A DNA stretch of 64,000 nt from Anaerolineae bacterium (GTDB taxonomy: Bacteria > Chloroflexota > Anaerolineae > S140-20): contig JALUTT010000181.1 of NCBI GenBank assembly GCA_027021705.1, forward strand, positions 1-64,000, given 5' to 3'. The position numbers were made by a program, and so were the translations under genes. This document shows positions 48,643 to 58,598 of this stretch, in pieces. Numbering within the stretch: the first letter of the stretch is position 1; every line of letters starts with the position of its first letter. The notes beneath the pieces are model-generated. The model made no database searches. It was not told the origin of the DNA and worked only from the letters and a program-made list of their open reading frames with translations.

Positions 48643-51600
48643 CGTGGCGCACCTCTACGGTCACTTCCGCGTCGTCGGATAATTCGCTCAAGGCTCCCCA
48701 ACCTGTTGCGGGTTGGAGATTGACGGCTTCCAGCGCCTTTCGTAGAGCGCCAAAGCGGGCCTTGAATCTCAGCGGCTCGAAGGCCGGTGGAACAGGCGGC
48801 TTCTCCTCCTCCTGGTGCAACGTCTGGAGCTGCGTCAGTAGTTGGCTCCGCGGCATCTGCCCGGTGATGTACCGGGCGATGGCCTCCCGGGCTATTGCTT
48901 GCGACTCGGACTTCCGCAGCCCCTGGTACAGGTCCCGCATCTCCACGTCCTGCAGCCGGCCGACCATCTCGCGTGCCGCTTGGAGCATCTCCGGCAGGCT
49001 CTGGGGCGGAGCCGAGACCTTGGTCAGCCGGCGGATGCCGGCTTCCGAGGTAGGCTCTGCCAGCGCCCGGTCAATTGTTTCCAGGATGGCCGCGACCTGC
49101 TGCAGAGCCTGCTCCAGCTCTCGCGGGGCGCCCCCCAGCGGCTTGGCCGCTTCCGTCACCGCCTTGCGCAGTTGTCGGTATCCCTGCTCCTGTTGGGTGA
49201 AGAACTGCTGGAGGGAGGCCCAGGCCGCGTCCTGACGACGCACGCCGGGCTGGTCGGGGAGGGAGCCGGCGCCGATGGCCGCGTAGAAGGCGCTGAAGGC
49301 GGCCCACTCCCCGTGGCCCACCCGTTGGCCGGGGGTGAGCAGGTCGTTGCTGTGCAGGCTCAGTTGAGCCGGGTCCTCCACGGCCAGCGGCCCCCGCCCG
49401 CGCACAACCCGCAGGTCGCGAAAGATCACCGTCAGCCGGATCAGGAAATCGGCCAGGAAGGGTTGCAGGCCAAACTCTCTTCCCAGCCGGTTCTGCAGCT
49501 CCTTGACCCGCACGCCCTCCCCGCCTTTCAGGGCCTCCTCGATGGTCTGCACGTAGGGGGAGTTGCCCAGGTCCAGGGCATAGGCGGTGCCGGCGGGCTT
49601 GACGATGCGCAGGGGCATCCCGTAATGGGCAGCGTAATCGTGCGGCGGCCCCACCTCCGGCCCCACCCGGCCCTCTCCCTTGACCAGCGCCCGGTAGAGG
49701 CTCTCCAACGCCTGGGAGGTGACGTCGGCAGTGAACTCGGGATGTTGACGGAAGCGGGCGTCCAGCAGCCGCGCCCCCAGGTCCTTGAGAGCCTCCTGCA
49801 GCGTGGCCCCGGCCGAAGGGTTCTCGCCGATGCTCACCGAGGCGCTGAGCCGGCCCTGGCTGTAAAGGGAGGCTAGGCCGGCCAGCAGGCTCTCCCGCAA
49901 CTGAAAAGCCGCGGCCGTCCAGCTCTCCGTCAGCCGGCGTCCCTCCTCGCCGCTGTACTTCTCGGCGATGTAGGCCGTGCCCGCCGGGCTCTCGGTGAGG
50001 AAGAGGATGCGGGCCAGGTTGTCCAGCTGTTGACGCAGTTGATCGTCGGCCTCCTTGGGGATCCACACCGCGCCCGGCACACCGTTCTTGGGCGGCTTTG
50101 ACGGCACAGGGTCGCCGGGGAAGCGGGGGAAGGCGATCCAGACGGTGAACTCCGCCTTGGGGTCGGGCGGGGGAAGGTGGCCGGCGCCCGTCTCCACGGC
50201 TTGGACTGTCCCCGAGCGGTTGGTGCCGCGCCACTTGATGTTCAGCTTGCGCCGGCCCTGCAGCTTGTCGGTGCCGAAGAGGTTGTTCAGAAGCCCCAAC
50301 ACGGCCTGGCGGCGTTGCTCGGTCACGTCCTGGCTCACCTTGCGCAGCTCCGCCATAGGGTCGAGCCCCAGGCTCAGCTCCACCACCACCGCCTCGCCCT
50401 CGCGCTTGAAGGTGCCCAGCAGCCGGTCGCAGAGGAGGTCCACGACCTCCTCCAGTTGCTTGCGGGCCAGGATGACCACCTGGGCGTTGAGCACGGCGGC
50501 GTTGAGGGCCGCGATGACGGCGGGGGTCATGCGCCCGCGCAGGGGCGTCCCCTTGTCCGTCAGTTGGCCCAGGATGATGCTTTCCGCCACGGCCCGCCCT
50601 CGGGCGATGCGCTTGGCGTGGCCCAGGAAGTGTTCCTCCAGAAGAGGAACGACTTTGTCACGCATGATCACTTTGGCTGCCTGCAGCGCGGGCCGGTCTT
50701 TGAGCTCTCCCTCGGAGGCTTGCTCGATGAGGTAGTGGAAGGCGCGGTGGTAGGGAATGAGGGTGCCCAACGGCTCATCGGCCAGGTCGAAGAGCATATC
50801 GTACATGACGCTGATGGCGGTGCGTTCGCGGCTCAGCATGTGGGTCACCGAGACCAGGGTGTCCACGATGGCCGGATGGAAGGGGTAGAGGGCGCGGACG
50901 GCTTCCTCAAAGCGCTTGTGGCCGTAGAGTTGATGGAGCACCTCCAGTTGTTCGCCGGGGATCTGGGCCAGACTGGCTTTGACCGCTTCGTCCAGGGCTT
51001 TCTTGCGCCCCTTTACCGGCTTGAGGACGCGCTTGCCCAGCACCTCGTACAGGTCCACGTCTTGGATGTCTACGTCCCGTCCCGCGAAGCGCCCCTTGAC
51101 ATTGTCTAGGATGTCCCGGCCCACGTCGCGCACCACGTCCTCCAGGGGGGCGTGGCGCACCACCAGGGCCCAGACGGGGAGGGCGGCGCCCTCGGCCTCC
51201 AGAAGGGCCTTGAGTTCGACCATGGGCCGCGTGCGGTCTTTGGCGTTGATGAGGAAGAGGGTGAGTTCGTCAATGAGGAACGTGACGGCGGTGAAGCCGT
51301 GGTGCTTCAGGTGGGCGGTGATGCGCTTCATGCCCTCGGCCATCTCCACGGCGAAGGCGCCACCGCCCACCTCAGAAGGTAAGGCGATGTGCGAGGCGAT
51401 CTCGCGGGCCAGGAGTTCGCGGCCCTGGGGCGTGGCCTTCTGGGCCTCGTACTCCTGGCGGGAGGTCACCACCAGGCTGCGGTTGAAGAGGGTGTCCCAG
51501 AGGGCGGGGGTGTCGGCGGCCAGGTCCTCGAACCATCCGATGACGCGCTGGAAGTAGGTGAGTTCCACGGGGGGCAGGCCCTGGCGTTCCAGTTCGCGGG

Positions 51601-52015
51601 CGACGGCCTCGTAGAGGCCCAGGCGGAAGTCGTCGGGGCGGTCCAGGCTGTTGAAGGGCACCACGAAGACGGGGCGTTTCTCCAGGATGGCGCGCACGTC
51701 ATCCGAAAGGCCGGGGATCTCCCGCGCCCAGGCGGCGGACTCCCCGCGCAGGAGCATGCCGGCGAAGGAGAGGAAGTGGGACTTGCCGGTACCGAAGGAG
51801 CCACTGACCCAGACCCCCTGGCCGGGGAAGCCCTTGTCGGCGGACTCGGCCACGCTGCTCACCACGCGCCGCAGCCCCTCGGCCACGGTGTCGGTGATGA
51901 CGTACTCCCGGGCGTGGAAGACCTTGCGCTCCTCGTCGTTGATCTCGCCCACCTTGACCACCAGGGGTGGTTTGGTGGGTGGGATAGCGATGACGTCACG
52001 GATGTGGAGGGTCAT
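48629..52015 (-). CDS. PglY/BrxC-like P-loop ATPase
   Basis: YVITD, VSGSFGTGKSHFL, FLIDEL, YPFHPA..DTLVSV...LSRERTA (PglY-like); GAGGTGA RBS; overlaps pglZ. Confidence 0.85.
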   Translation of the reverse strand: MTLHIRDVIAIPPTKPPLVVKVGEINDEERKVFHAREYVITDTVAEGLRRVVSSVAESADKGFPGQGVWVSGSFGTGKSHFLSFAGMLLRGESAAWAREIPGLSDDVRAILEKRPVFVVPFNSLDRPDDFRLGLYEAVARELERQGLPPVELTYFQRVIGWFEDLAADTPALWDTLFNRSLVVTSRQEYEAQKATPQGRELLAREIASHIALPSEVGGGAFAVEMAEGMKRITAHLKHHGFTAVTFLIDELTLFLINAKDRTRPMVELKALLEAEGAALPVWALVVRHAPLEDVVRDVGRDILDNVKGRFAGRDVDIQDVDLYEVLGKRVLKPVKGRKKALDEAVKASLAQIPGEQLEVLHQLYGHKRFEEAVRALYPFHPAIVDTLVSVTHMLSRERTAISVMYDMLFDLADEPLGTLIPYHRAFHYLIEQASEGELKDRPALQAAKVIMRDKVVPLLEEHFLGHAKRIARGRAVAESIILGQLTDKGTPLRGRMTPAVIAALNAAVLNAQVVILARKQLEEVVDLLCDRLLGTFKREGEAVVVELSLGLDPMAELRKVSQDVTEQRRQAVLGLLNNLFGTDKLQGRRKLNIKWRGTNRSGTVQAVETGAGHLPPPDPKAEFTVWIAFPRFPGDPVPSKPPKNGVPGAVWIPKEADDQLRQQLDNLARILFLTESPAGTAYIAEKYSGEEGRRLTESWTAAAFQLRESLLAGLASLYSQGRLSASVSIGENPSAGATLQEALKDLGARLLDARFRQHPEFTADVTSQALESLYRALVKGEGRVGPEVGPPHDYAAHYGMPLRIVKPAGTAYALDLGNSPYVQTIEEALKGGEGVRVKELQNRLGREFGLQPFLADFLIRLTVIFRDLRVVRGRGPLAVEDPAQLSLHSNDLLTPGQRVGHGEWAAFSAFYAAIGAGSLPDQPGVRRQDAAWASLQQFFTQQEQGYRQLRKAVTEAAKPLGGAPRELEQALQQVAAILETIDRALAEPTSEAGIRRLTKVSAPPQSLPEMLQAAREMVGRLQDVEMRDLYQGLRKSESQAIAREAIARYITGQMPRSQLLTQLQTLHQEEEKPPVPPAFEPLRFKARFGALRKALEAVNLQPATGWGALSELSDDAEVTVEVRHDAEA

Positions 52016-52039
52016 GATTGTCACCTCACAACTCACAGA

Positions 52040-55000
52040 TCATAGCCAACTGCGTCTCTCCCATTCCTCTTCCGCCTGTTCGCGTTCGATCATTGACTGG
52101 AGCAAGTCAACCATGCGGCGTGCGAAGAGACGGACACGGAGATACTCATCCTCGAGCCACGGAGATATCGCTTCCAGGCGTTTTTGATAGAACGATACGA
52201 ATCCCGAAATAACGCCGGGGGTGCTACTGATCGCTCCTTCAACTTCACCGAGTACCTTCCGATCATCAGTGCGTCGGATGATCTCACGGCTCAGCTTGTA
52301 AAAGGCATCCCCTTCGTTGAATTCCCGTAAGATAGTGGCTGTAGCCCGGAGCTTTTCGACCTCATCGGACTCAACCCACTCCGTGAGCACCGCGTAGAGA
52401 GTCTTATCAAGGCCGCCGGCGATGGCCTTCAGTACATAGGGGGCTTCCCAGCGGAACCAGAAGTTTTCGCGCAGCATCCAATTGCGAACACGCCGTAGAA
52501 CGTCAGGGTACTCTTCGCTCTCGCGAATGCTTTCCATAGCTCGTGCAAACTGGAAGGGTACGGGTTCGTATCGTCTCTCTTGGGCCTCACGTTCATAAGC
52601 TATAGTGATGCGCTGCTCGATGAAGTCTATCACCTGCATCGGAGCAATTTGGCCCAATCTGTCCAGGCATCTTTCCACATGAAAGTCAAGCTGCGGTAAT
52701 CGTCCAAAGTGCTGAATGATCTCGAGAAAGTCTTGTGGGTCCTCGAACTCCACAGCCCAACCCTCCCCTGTGCTATCCGACCATGATAGTACCTCAGCAA
52801 TGTGCCGCAAGACAGCTTCGTCGCCACGAGCCGCAATAGTTTTGAGAACCTCAACCGCGAGAGCAGGGTTATGTGGTGCGTATTGCCGTGTCAGCCACAC
52901 CATCTCATGATCCAGGGCCGCTGTATTACAAGCCACGAGTTGGCGTAGCATCTCCCAGTCTTCATCCTCCATTTGACGCCAGTCCACAAACCGGAAGCTA
53001 TGCGCAGCAGCCAGCCAGAGGATCGCATCGCCGCTGGTGGTCCAATGTTTGAGGTATCTTTGCGCTATCTCGGGGACGCTTTTCCGCAATCCGGCAATCA
53101 CGAGCCCAAGGTGATGTTTAAGGGTCAACTCTTCAACTACGGCGCGGTCTATGAGCTGCTGGGCCAGATCAGGATGCTGTTCACCCAGACGCTGCAATAG
53201 CCGATTGAGCCAAGTAGTACCTGTTTCGCCAACAGTACGCGCTTGATGAGCAATTGTCTCCAAGTCGCGCAAAGCTCGATCAAAAGTGTCTGGCTTAAGC
53301 TGACCGAGGTAACGCTCGACAGCCTCCTGGCGCCGCCGCTCGGCTTCCCGCCAATCCAATTCCTTGTCCGGTTCCTCCGCGTCCCGGCGATGCCATCCAA
53401 CCAGCACTCGGTAAAGTTGATAGAGTTGATGGCTGTTAAGCCGCTCACTAAGGCGGTCCAACGCCTCATCTTCATAAGCAGCCCACCGTCTGGCATGCCA
53501 GAGCCATTCCGAGATTGCGTCCAGAACGGGAAGGTCCGCTGTCTCAACCACGTCAGAGAAGAAACGGGCAGTATTCACACAGTCAGGTCGAAGCCATTCA
53601 CGGATTTCATCTGGCACGCGAACTATTGAGGGGAAATGTGGGATCGCTCCATCCAGAGCCTGAACAATACGGAGTCGCTCAGCGGGAGAAGTTGCTTGAC
53701 GATATGCGTTATAGAGGATGTCTAGCGCCTGCTGTCGGATGTGTCTCAAGGGCTCGGCAGGAGTGAGCAGGCCCCGATGGAGGATCACTTTGAAAGGTTC
53801 CGTTGGATCGGCCTCAGCGCTATGTAACTCCATCGACAACATTGCTTCTACCAGTTTCAAGGCCAGGTCGAGGTTCTCCGTGAAATCCTCAGCCAGCCAC
53901 CGGGGAATGGCTTCCAGAAGCGTCAGTTGCACAGCATAGGGCTTGCGCGGCTTAAATTCGGCAATTTCAGTCAACACTTTGCGCGCTTCTTCTCTCACAT
54001 AGGCATAACTCGAATCGTGAGGGCAATATCTGGCAAGTTTATGCAAATAGGTGATAGTATCTCGCAAGGCGCTATACTGGGTGCGCTTCAGTATTTCGAC
54101 AGCCTGACCCAACACCATCTCGTGGCTAATCTCATAAGCACCACCCCAAGGGGCACGATAGGTCTCGGGAGGCTGTTCTCTGCCATCCACGATGCGGGCG
54201 ACGATCGCCAACGTATCGTCGGCTCTCAGATAAGCCACGTTCTGCAACCAATCGAGAATGGCATAGCGGGCTATGTTGCCTTGGGTATCGATAGCCCGAG
54301 ACAGTTCATCGAGTCTGCGACCCAAGAGCACACCTGCTTCACGGGATTCTCCCTTGACCTCTGCCTTGGCCAAGTTAGTCAGGATTTCTTTGGCTTTCAG
54401 ATCGAAGAATGGTTCGATGACTTGTTTTTGGTAGTCGGCGCGTCGAGTTGTGGGGTCAAAGTAGTGGCTCACCAGGATGTGGTCGGCCAAGACCTCAGAG
54501 GCGATCCGAATGGTCTGCCAGTAGCGATCTATTAGGCCTGACGCTTCCAGTCGTGTAACAATGCGTTCTTCTTCAGATGGTGAGATACCGACGACCTCTT
54601 GCACACGTTGGCGGAGAGTGTCGTTGGTCAGCTCAATTGTGCCCAGAGCAGCAAGGATTTCGAGATAGTGCACATATCGATCATCGTAGCCAGCCTCGGC
54701 CAAGTCACGGATGAGTTCATGAAAGTAGCGGGAAAGCACTTCATCTCTGGTAAGTCTGGTTACATCTTCGCCACGCTGAACCAGGCGTGCGCCCAATTGG
54801 GCGAGCAGCGGGTTACCTTCGGCCACAGCAATCAGTGCCCGACGCGCGTGCTGATCCTCGATATGGTAAGGTTCGCTTTGAAGCAGACGATCGATGTCAG
54901 CATTTGTCAGTGGACCAAGTTCCAAGTAAGCGATTTCATCCCCTGAGATTTGAGGGAAGCGAGCTGCTATATACTCAACGAATACGCTGCGTGTGCTGAG

Positions 55001-55633
55001 AATGAGTTTCACCTTACCGGCGTAGTCTGGATTAACCAGTACCTCGCGAAGGTGAGAAAGCGGCGTAAAACGATGGGCGTCATCCACGACGATTACGTGC
55101 TGTTGGTCCCGATCGAGAGTAGCCAAGTCGTATTCGATGCTTTCAGCTTCAGTGCGGGCGTACCACAGTTTGACATCTTCGGGAACGATCTCTGACAAGG
55201 CGAGTAGCAATCGAGTCTTACCGATACCCCCAGGACCATGAAGAACAATGATACGTTTTTGTTCTTGGAGCCATGCCGCCACTTGCTGAAGAGTCTGCTC
55301 CCGTCCCACCATTTCTCCCCTGTAGCATCCAAGCGCAGTTTGCTCAATCCGCACTGCAAAATCCTGAACTGTGAGTAAGGATCGAAATCCAGTATGAACG
55401 GCCTGCCATATAGCGACTGCATCTGGGCCTTTGATAATACAGACTATGTTGTTATCACCAGTTATAACGACAAGGTCGTGCGCGTCTCCTCCTAATGCCA
55501 CAGCCCGATCACCAGTGGCAAGGGTAATCCGTCCTGTTTGAAGGGCTTGGCGCAAGGTGGCGATGTCGGCATCAGTGTAGGTGCCGGCTGCAATGCGGTC
55601 GAGAACACGCTTCAATTCGTTAAACTCCGTCAT
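52040..55633 (-). CDS. STAND-class (NLR/Avs-like) ATPase with N-terminal EAD10-like helix and amyloid-like motif and a long helical-repeat C-terminus
   Basis: LHGPGGIGKTRL, IVVDDAH, ILSTR, EGNPLL; N-terminus ELKRVLDRIAAGTYTDADIATLRQAL + ATGDRAVALGG..VVITGDNNIV. Confidence 0.8.
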   Translation of the reverse strand: MTEFNELKRVLDRIAAGTYTDADIATLRQALQTGRITLATGDRAVALGGDAHDLVVITGDNNIVCIIKGPDAVAIWQAVHTGFRSLLTVQDFAVRIEQTALGCYRGEMVGREQTLQQVAAWLQEQKRIIVLHGPGGIGKTRLLLALSEIVPEDVKLWYARTEAESIEYDLATLDRDQQHVIVVDDAHRFTPLSHLREVLVNPDYAGKVKLILSTRSVFVEYIAARFPQISGDEIAYLELGPLTNADIDRLLQSEPYHIEDQHARRALIAVAEGNPLLAQLGARLVQRGEDVTRLTRDEVLSRYFHELIRDLAEAGYDDRYVHYLEILAALGTIELTNDTLRQRVQEVVGISPSEEERIVTRLEASGLIDRYWQTIRIASEVLADHILVSHYFDPTTRRADYQKQVIEPFFDLKAKEILTNLAKAEVKGESREAGVLLGRRLDELSRAIDTQGNIARYAILDWLQNVAYLRADDTLAIVARIVDGREQPPETYRAPWGGAYEISHEMVLGQAVEILKRTQYSALRDTITYLHKLARYCPHDSSYAYVREEARKVLTEIAEFKPRKPYAVQLTLLEAIPRWLAEDFTENLDLALKLVEAMLSMELHSAEADPTEPFKVILHRGLLTPAEPLRHIRQQALDILYNAYRQATSPAERLRIVQALDGAIPHFPSIVRVPDEIREWLRPDCVNTARFFSDVVETADLPVLDAISEWLWHARRWAAYEDEALDRLSERLNSHQLYQLYRVLVGWHRRDAEEPDKELDWREAERRRQEAVERYLGQLKPDTFDRALRDLETIAHQARTVGETGTTWLNRLLQRLGEQHPDLAQQLIDRAVVEELTLKHHLGLVIAGLRKSVPEIAQRYLKHWTTSGDAILWLAAAHSFRFVDWRQMEDEDWEMLRQLVACNTAALDHEMVWLTRQYAPHNPALAVEVLKTIAARGDEAVLRHIAEVLSWSDSTGEGWAVEFEDPQDFLEIIQHFGRLPQLDFHVERCLDRLGQIAPMQVIDFIEQRITIAYEREAQERRYEPVPFQFARAMESIRESEEYPDVLRRVRNWMLRENFWFRWEAPYVLKAIAGGLDKTLYAVLTEWVESDEVEKLRATATILREFNEGDAFYKLSREIIRRTDDRKVLGEVEGAISSTPGVISGFVSFYQKRLEAISPWLEDEYLRVRLFARRMVDLLQSMIEREQAEEEWERRSWL

Positions 55634-57072
55634 CAGTGGTCCCTCTCTTCACCTGTTTCTCTGGCCAAACGTGCTAGGTTATGAGACACGGTGTTTGCCA
55701 GTTCCTGATCGCCGGCCTGGATAGCTAGCCGTAAAGCCTCAGCGTAGAGAACTCGGGATCGAACGATGTCACCTTCAAATTGACAGGCCAAAGCCAAGTT
55801 GTTGAGTGCAATGGCTTCACCTTTCCGATTCGCGAGGCTCTGAAAAAGCTGGCGCGCTTGTTCAAGGTTTTCACGGGCCAGATGAAACTCTCGTTGGTGC
55901 AAATGGATTTCACCGATTGCTGCCAACGTATGAGCCTCGGCGTTCTTGTTGTTCAGCATACGCCATAGACTCAGTGCCTTCTTCCGATACGTGAGCGCCT
56001 CATCGAAGGCGTAGCGGGTCTGATGGATCGCAGCGATATTATCCAGCAGCGTAGCCTGTTCAACTTTGGACCCTAGCCCTTCAAAGAGTGTTAACGCTCG
56101 CTCGTTGTAGTCCAAAGCACGTTCAAAATCACCAATTGCACTGTAGAGGCTGCCCAGATTGGCTAGAGATATTGCTTCCTGCAAAGGAGCTCCGATCTCA
56201 CGGAAGATCTCCAGGGCCTGTTCGCTATAAAGCCGGGCCTTATCAAGTTGTCCTAGACACTGCGCCAGTTCACCCAGGTTTCCCAGAGCAACCGCTTCAT
56301 GGAAGCGATGACCCGTCTGGACAAAGAGTTCCAGTGCCCTGGAACCATAGGTTAACGCTTTGGAATACCACGCATCTCGTTCAGCTGATGAAACAACGTC
56401 TGCTTTGTTTCGACACGTAATTGCCAGATTGTTTAGTGTCGAGGCTATGGCGACCTGATCATCTTGAGTACGGTATAAAGCCAGTGCTTGTTCATAGAAC
56501 GAGATGGCATCGTCCCATTGCTCTAAATCGGCATAAGCCCGGCCCATGTTCTGCAAAACGGTTGCTTCGCCTGAAGAGTCACCTTCGACACGGAAGAGTT
56601 GCAATGCTTGTTCGTAATAGTGCAAGGCTCCAGTTATTTTACCCTCAGCCTGGGATACTAATCCCAGCCCGTTAAGAGCCCTGGCCTGGCAAGGACGGTC
56701 ATCCAATTGACGAAAGATGGTCAGCGCCTGCTCATAACATTCACGGGCTCGAGACCACTCGCTCAGTGTATACCACGCAGCACCCAGGTTATTCCAGAGA
56801 GCACCCACGTCGTGGGTTTGACCCTGGTTTTGCGCGGCAGCGAGCCCGCGTTGATACCATGCAATGGCTTCCCGCCACAAAGCGCGTTGCTCAAGAAAGG
56901 GGCGCACTGCCCATACGTAGGCTAATATTAGCCCTGCATCACCGTTGATGTCGTTCACCCAGGTCCAAGCACGGCGAATTTGCTCCAATTCACCTTCAAG
57001 CCGCTGCCAGTCACCAGGGTTAGATTGGATCAGGGAAAGATAATAGTACGCGTACCGTTCCCAGGCACTCAC
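55633..57072 (-). CDS. Stand-alone TPR-repeat protein (sensor 3)
   Basis: ~40-aa repeats A..LNNLG..Y..L.....A...YEQAL; GTG start; TGATG coupling to the STAND gene. Confidence 0.9.
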   Translation of the reverse strand: MSAWERYAYYYLSLIQSNPGDWQRLEGELEQIRRAWTWVNDINGDAGLILAYVWAVRPFLEQRALWREAIAWYQRGLAAAQNQGQTHDVGALWNNLGAAWYTLSEWSRARECYEQALTIFRQLDDRPCQARALNGLGLVSQAEGKITGALHYYEQALQLFRVEGDSSGEATVLQNMGRAYADLEQWDDAISFYEQALALYRTQDDQVAIASTLNNLAITCRNKADVVSSAERDAWYSKALTYGSRALELFVQTGHRFHEAVALGNLGELAQCLGQLDKARLYSEQALEIFREIGAPLQEAISLANLGSLYSAIGDFERALDYNERALTLFEGLGSKVEQATLLDNIAAIHQTRYAFDEALTYRKKALSLWRMLNNKNAEAHTLAAIGEIHLHQREFHLARENLEQARQLFQSLANRKGEAIALNNLALACQFEGDIVRSRVLYAEALRLAIQAGDQELANTVSHNLARLARETGEERDH

Positions 57073-57074
57073 GT

Positions 57075-58598
57075 TTAACCGGTCGTTGATATCTGCTCCA
57101 AACGTTCTCGAAGTTTGGTCAGGTGAAAAGCATGTTGCTCTACCTCAGGATCACCGACTGATCGTTCGTAATCCACAACAATTTGGAGAAGTTCCACTGC
57201 ACGCGGTAAATCGCCTGCGCGTTCGTATAACCGGCTTAGGTCCCAGGTGTAGATCGCTTCCCCTCCCTTATCTCCGATCTCGCGAGCGATATGTCGTGCC
57301 TGTTCATAGTACTCTAATGCCTTCTGGATATCTCCCAACTGCCAGTAGACCAATCCCAGCCGGCTCAACCGGATGCTTTCTCCCCATCTATCGCCTATGT
57401 CACGAGCAATCTTCAAGGCTCGTTGGTAATATTCGATAGCCTTGGACGTGTCGCCCAAATCCTGCAGAATGCGGCCCAGATTGCTGAGCCACGCCCCCTC
57501 GTTTTGCCGGTCACCCACACGGTGAGCAATTTCCAGGGCTTGTTCGTAACAGTGTGTAGCTTCTTGCCACTCGCCCAGGTCAGCGTACGCCATTCCCAGG
57601 ATACCCAAGCGAGCCCCTTCTGCTTGTAAATCTCCAATCTCCCTGGCAATCTCCACAGCACGTTTAACGTACTCAATCGCCCTGTCCGGATCGCCCAGAA
57701 CAAGATACGTTCGGCCCAGGTTACTCAGCCACGTCCCCTCACTCAGCCGGTCACCAATGTCACGGGCTATCTGCAACGCCTGCTTGAAACATTCAATAGC
57801 CTTTTGCCAGTCTCCCAGGTCAAGCCAGCCACGCCCCAGATTGCCCAACCAGACCCCCTCATTTCGACGGTCACCCGTGTCACGGGCAAACCGAAGAGCC
57901 CGCTCATAGTACGAGATAGCCGTTCGCACTTCTCCCAGGTCAGCATAGGCGAGACCCAGATTCCCCAGATCAGCTCCTTCGCTGCGCCGATCCCCTATCT
58001 CTCGATCAATCGCCAATGCTTGTTCGAAGCAGGAGATGGCTCGTTGGGTCTCTCCCAAGCTCAGGAGGGCCAACCCAAGATTACCTAGCCAGATAGATTC
58101 CTGTTTGCGGTTCTGTAACTCGTGGTGAATCGTCAGGGCCGCCTCAAAGTGCCGGATAGCTTTGTCAATCTCCCCAATGTCTAAGTAAACCAGCCCCAAG
58201 TTGCCCAGACGGCTACCTTCTGCGCCCCGATCACCAACATCCTGTGCAATTCGCAGAGCCTGTTCATAACACTCGATGGCCTTGCGTGCTTCGCCAAGGC
58301 GGTAATACGCTAATCCCAGGTTCGCCAACATTACACCCGCTACCTGATTACCGTTCGGAAGTGTTCTTGCCACCACCAAGCCTCGCTCATTCCAAGCGAT
58401 GGCCTCCAGCCACAGTCCGCGCATCTCCTGAAAGGGGAAGAAAGCTTGAACGTAAGCCAGGACCAAATCCTTGTTCTCCTCTTTGCTCACCCAGGCCCAG
58501 GCACGACGAATCTGGTCGAGCTCACGTTCGACCGCTTGCCAATCGCCGTTTTGAGTCACTGCCAGATAGTAGCGCGCGTGCCGCTCACGGGGGCTCAT
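57075..58598 (-). CDS. Stand-alone TPR-repeat protein (sensor 2)
   Basis: Regular 40-aa repeats GDR..EG..LGNLG..Y..LG....AI..YEQAL.IAR; start MSPRERH, ATGA-coupled. Confidence 0.9.
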   Translation of the reverse strand: MSPRERHARYYLAVTQNGDWQAVERELDQIRRAWAWVSKEENKDLVLAYVQAFFPFQEMRGLWLEAIAWNERGLVVARTLPNGNQVAGVMLANLGLAYYRLGEARKAIECYEQALRIAQDVGDRGAEGSRLGNLGLVYLDIGEIDKAIRHFEAALTIHHELQNRKQESIWLGNLGLALLSLGETQRAISCFEQALAIDREIGDRRSEGADLGNLGLAYADLGEVRTAISYYERALRFARDTGDRRNEGVWLGNLGRGWLDLGDWQKAIECFKQALQIARDIGDRLSEGTWLSNLGRTYLVLGDPDRAIEYVKRAVEIAREIGDLQAEGARLGILGMAYADLGEWQEATHCYEQALEIAHRVGDRQNEGAWLSNLGRILQDLGDTSKAIEYYQRALKIARDIGDRWGESIRLSRLGLVYWQLGDIQKALEYYEQARHIAREIGDKGGEAIYTWDLSRLYERAGDLPRAVELLQIVVDYERSVGDPEVEQHAFHLTKLRERLEQISTTG

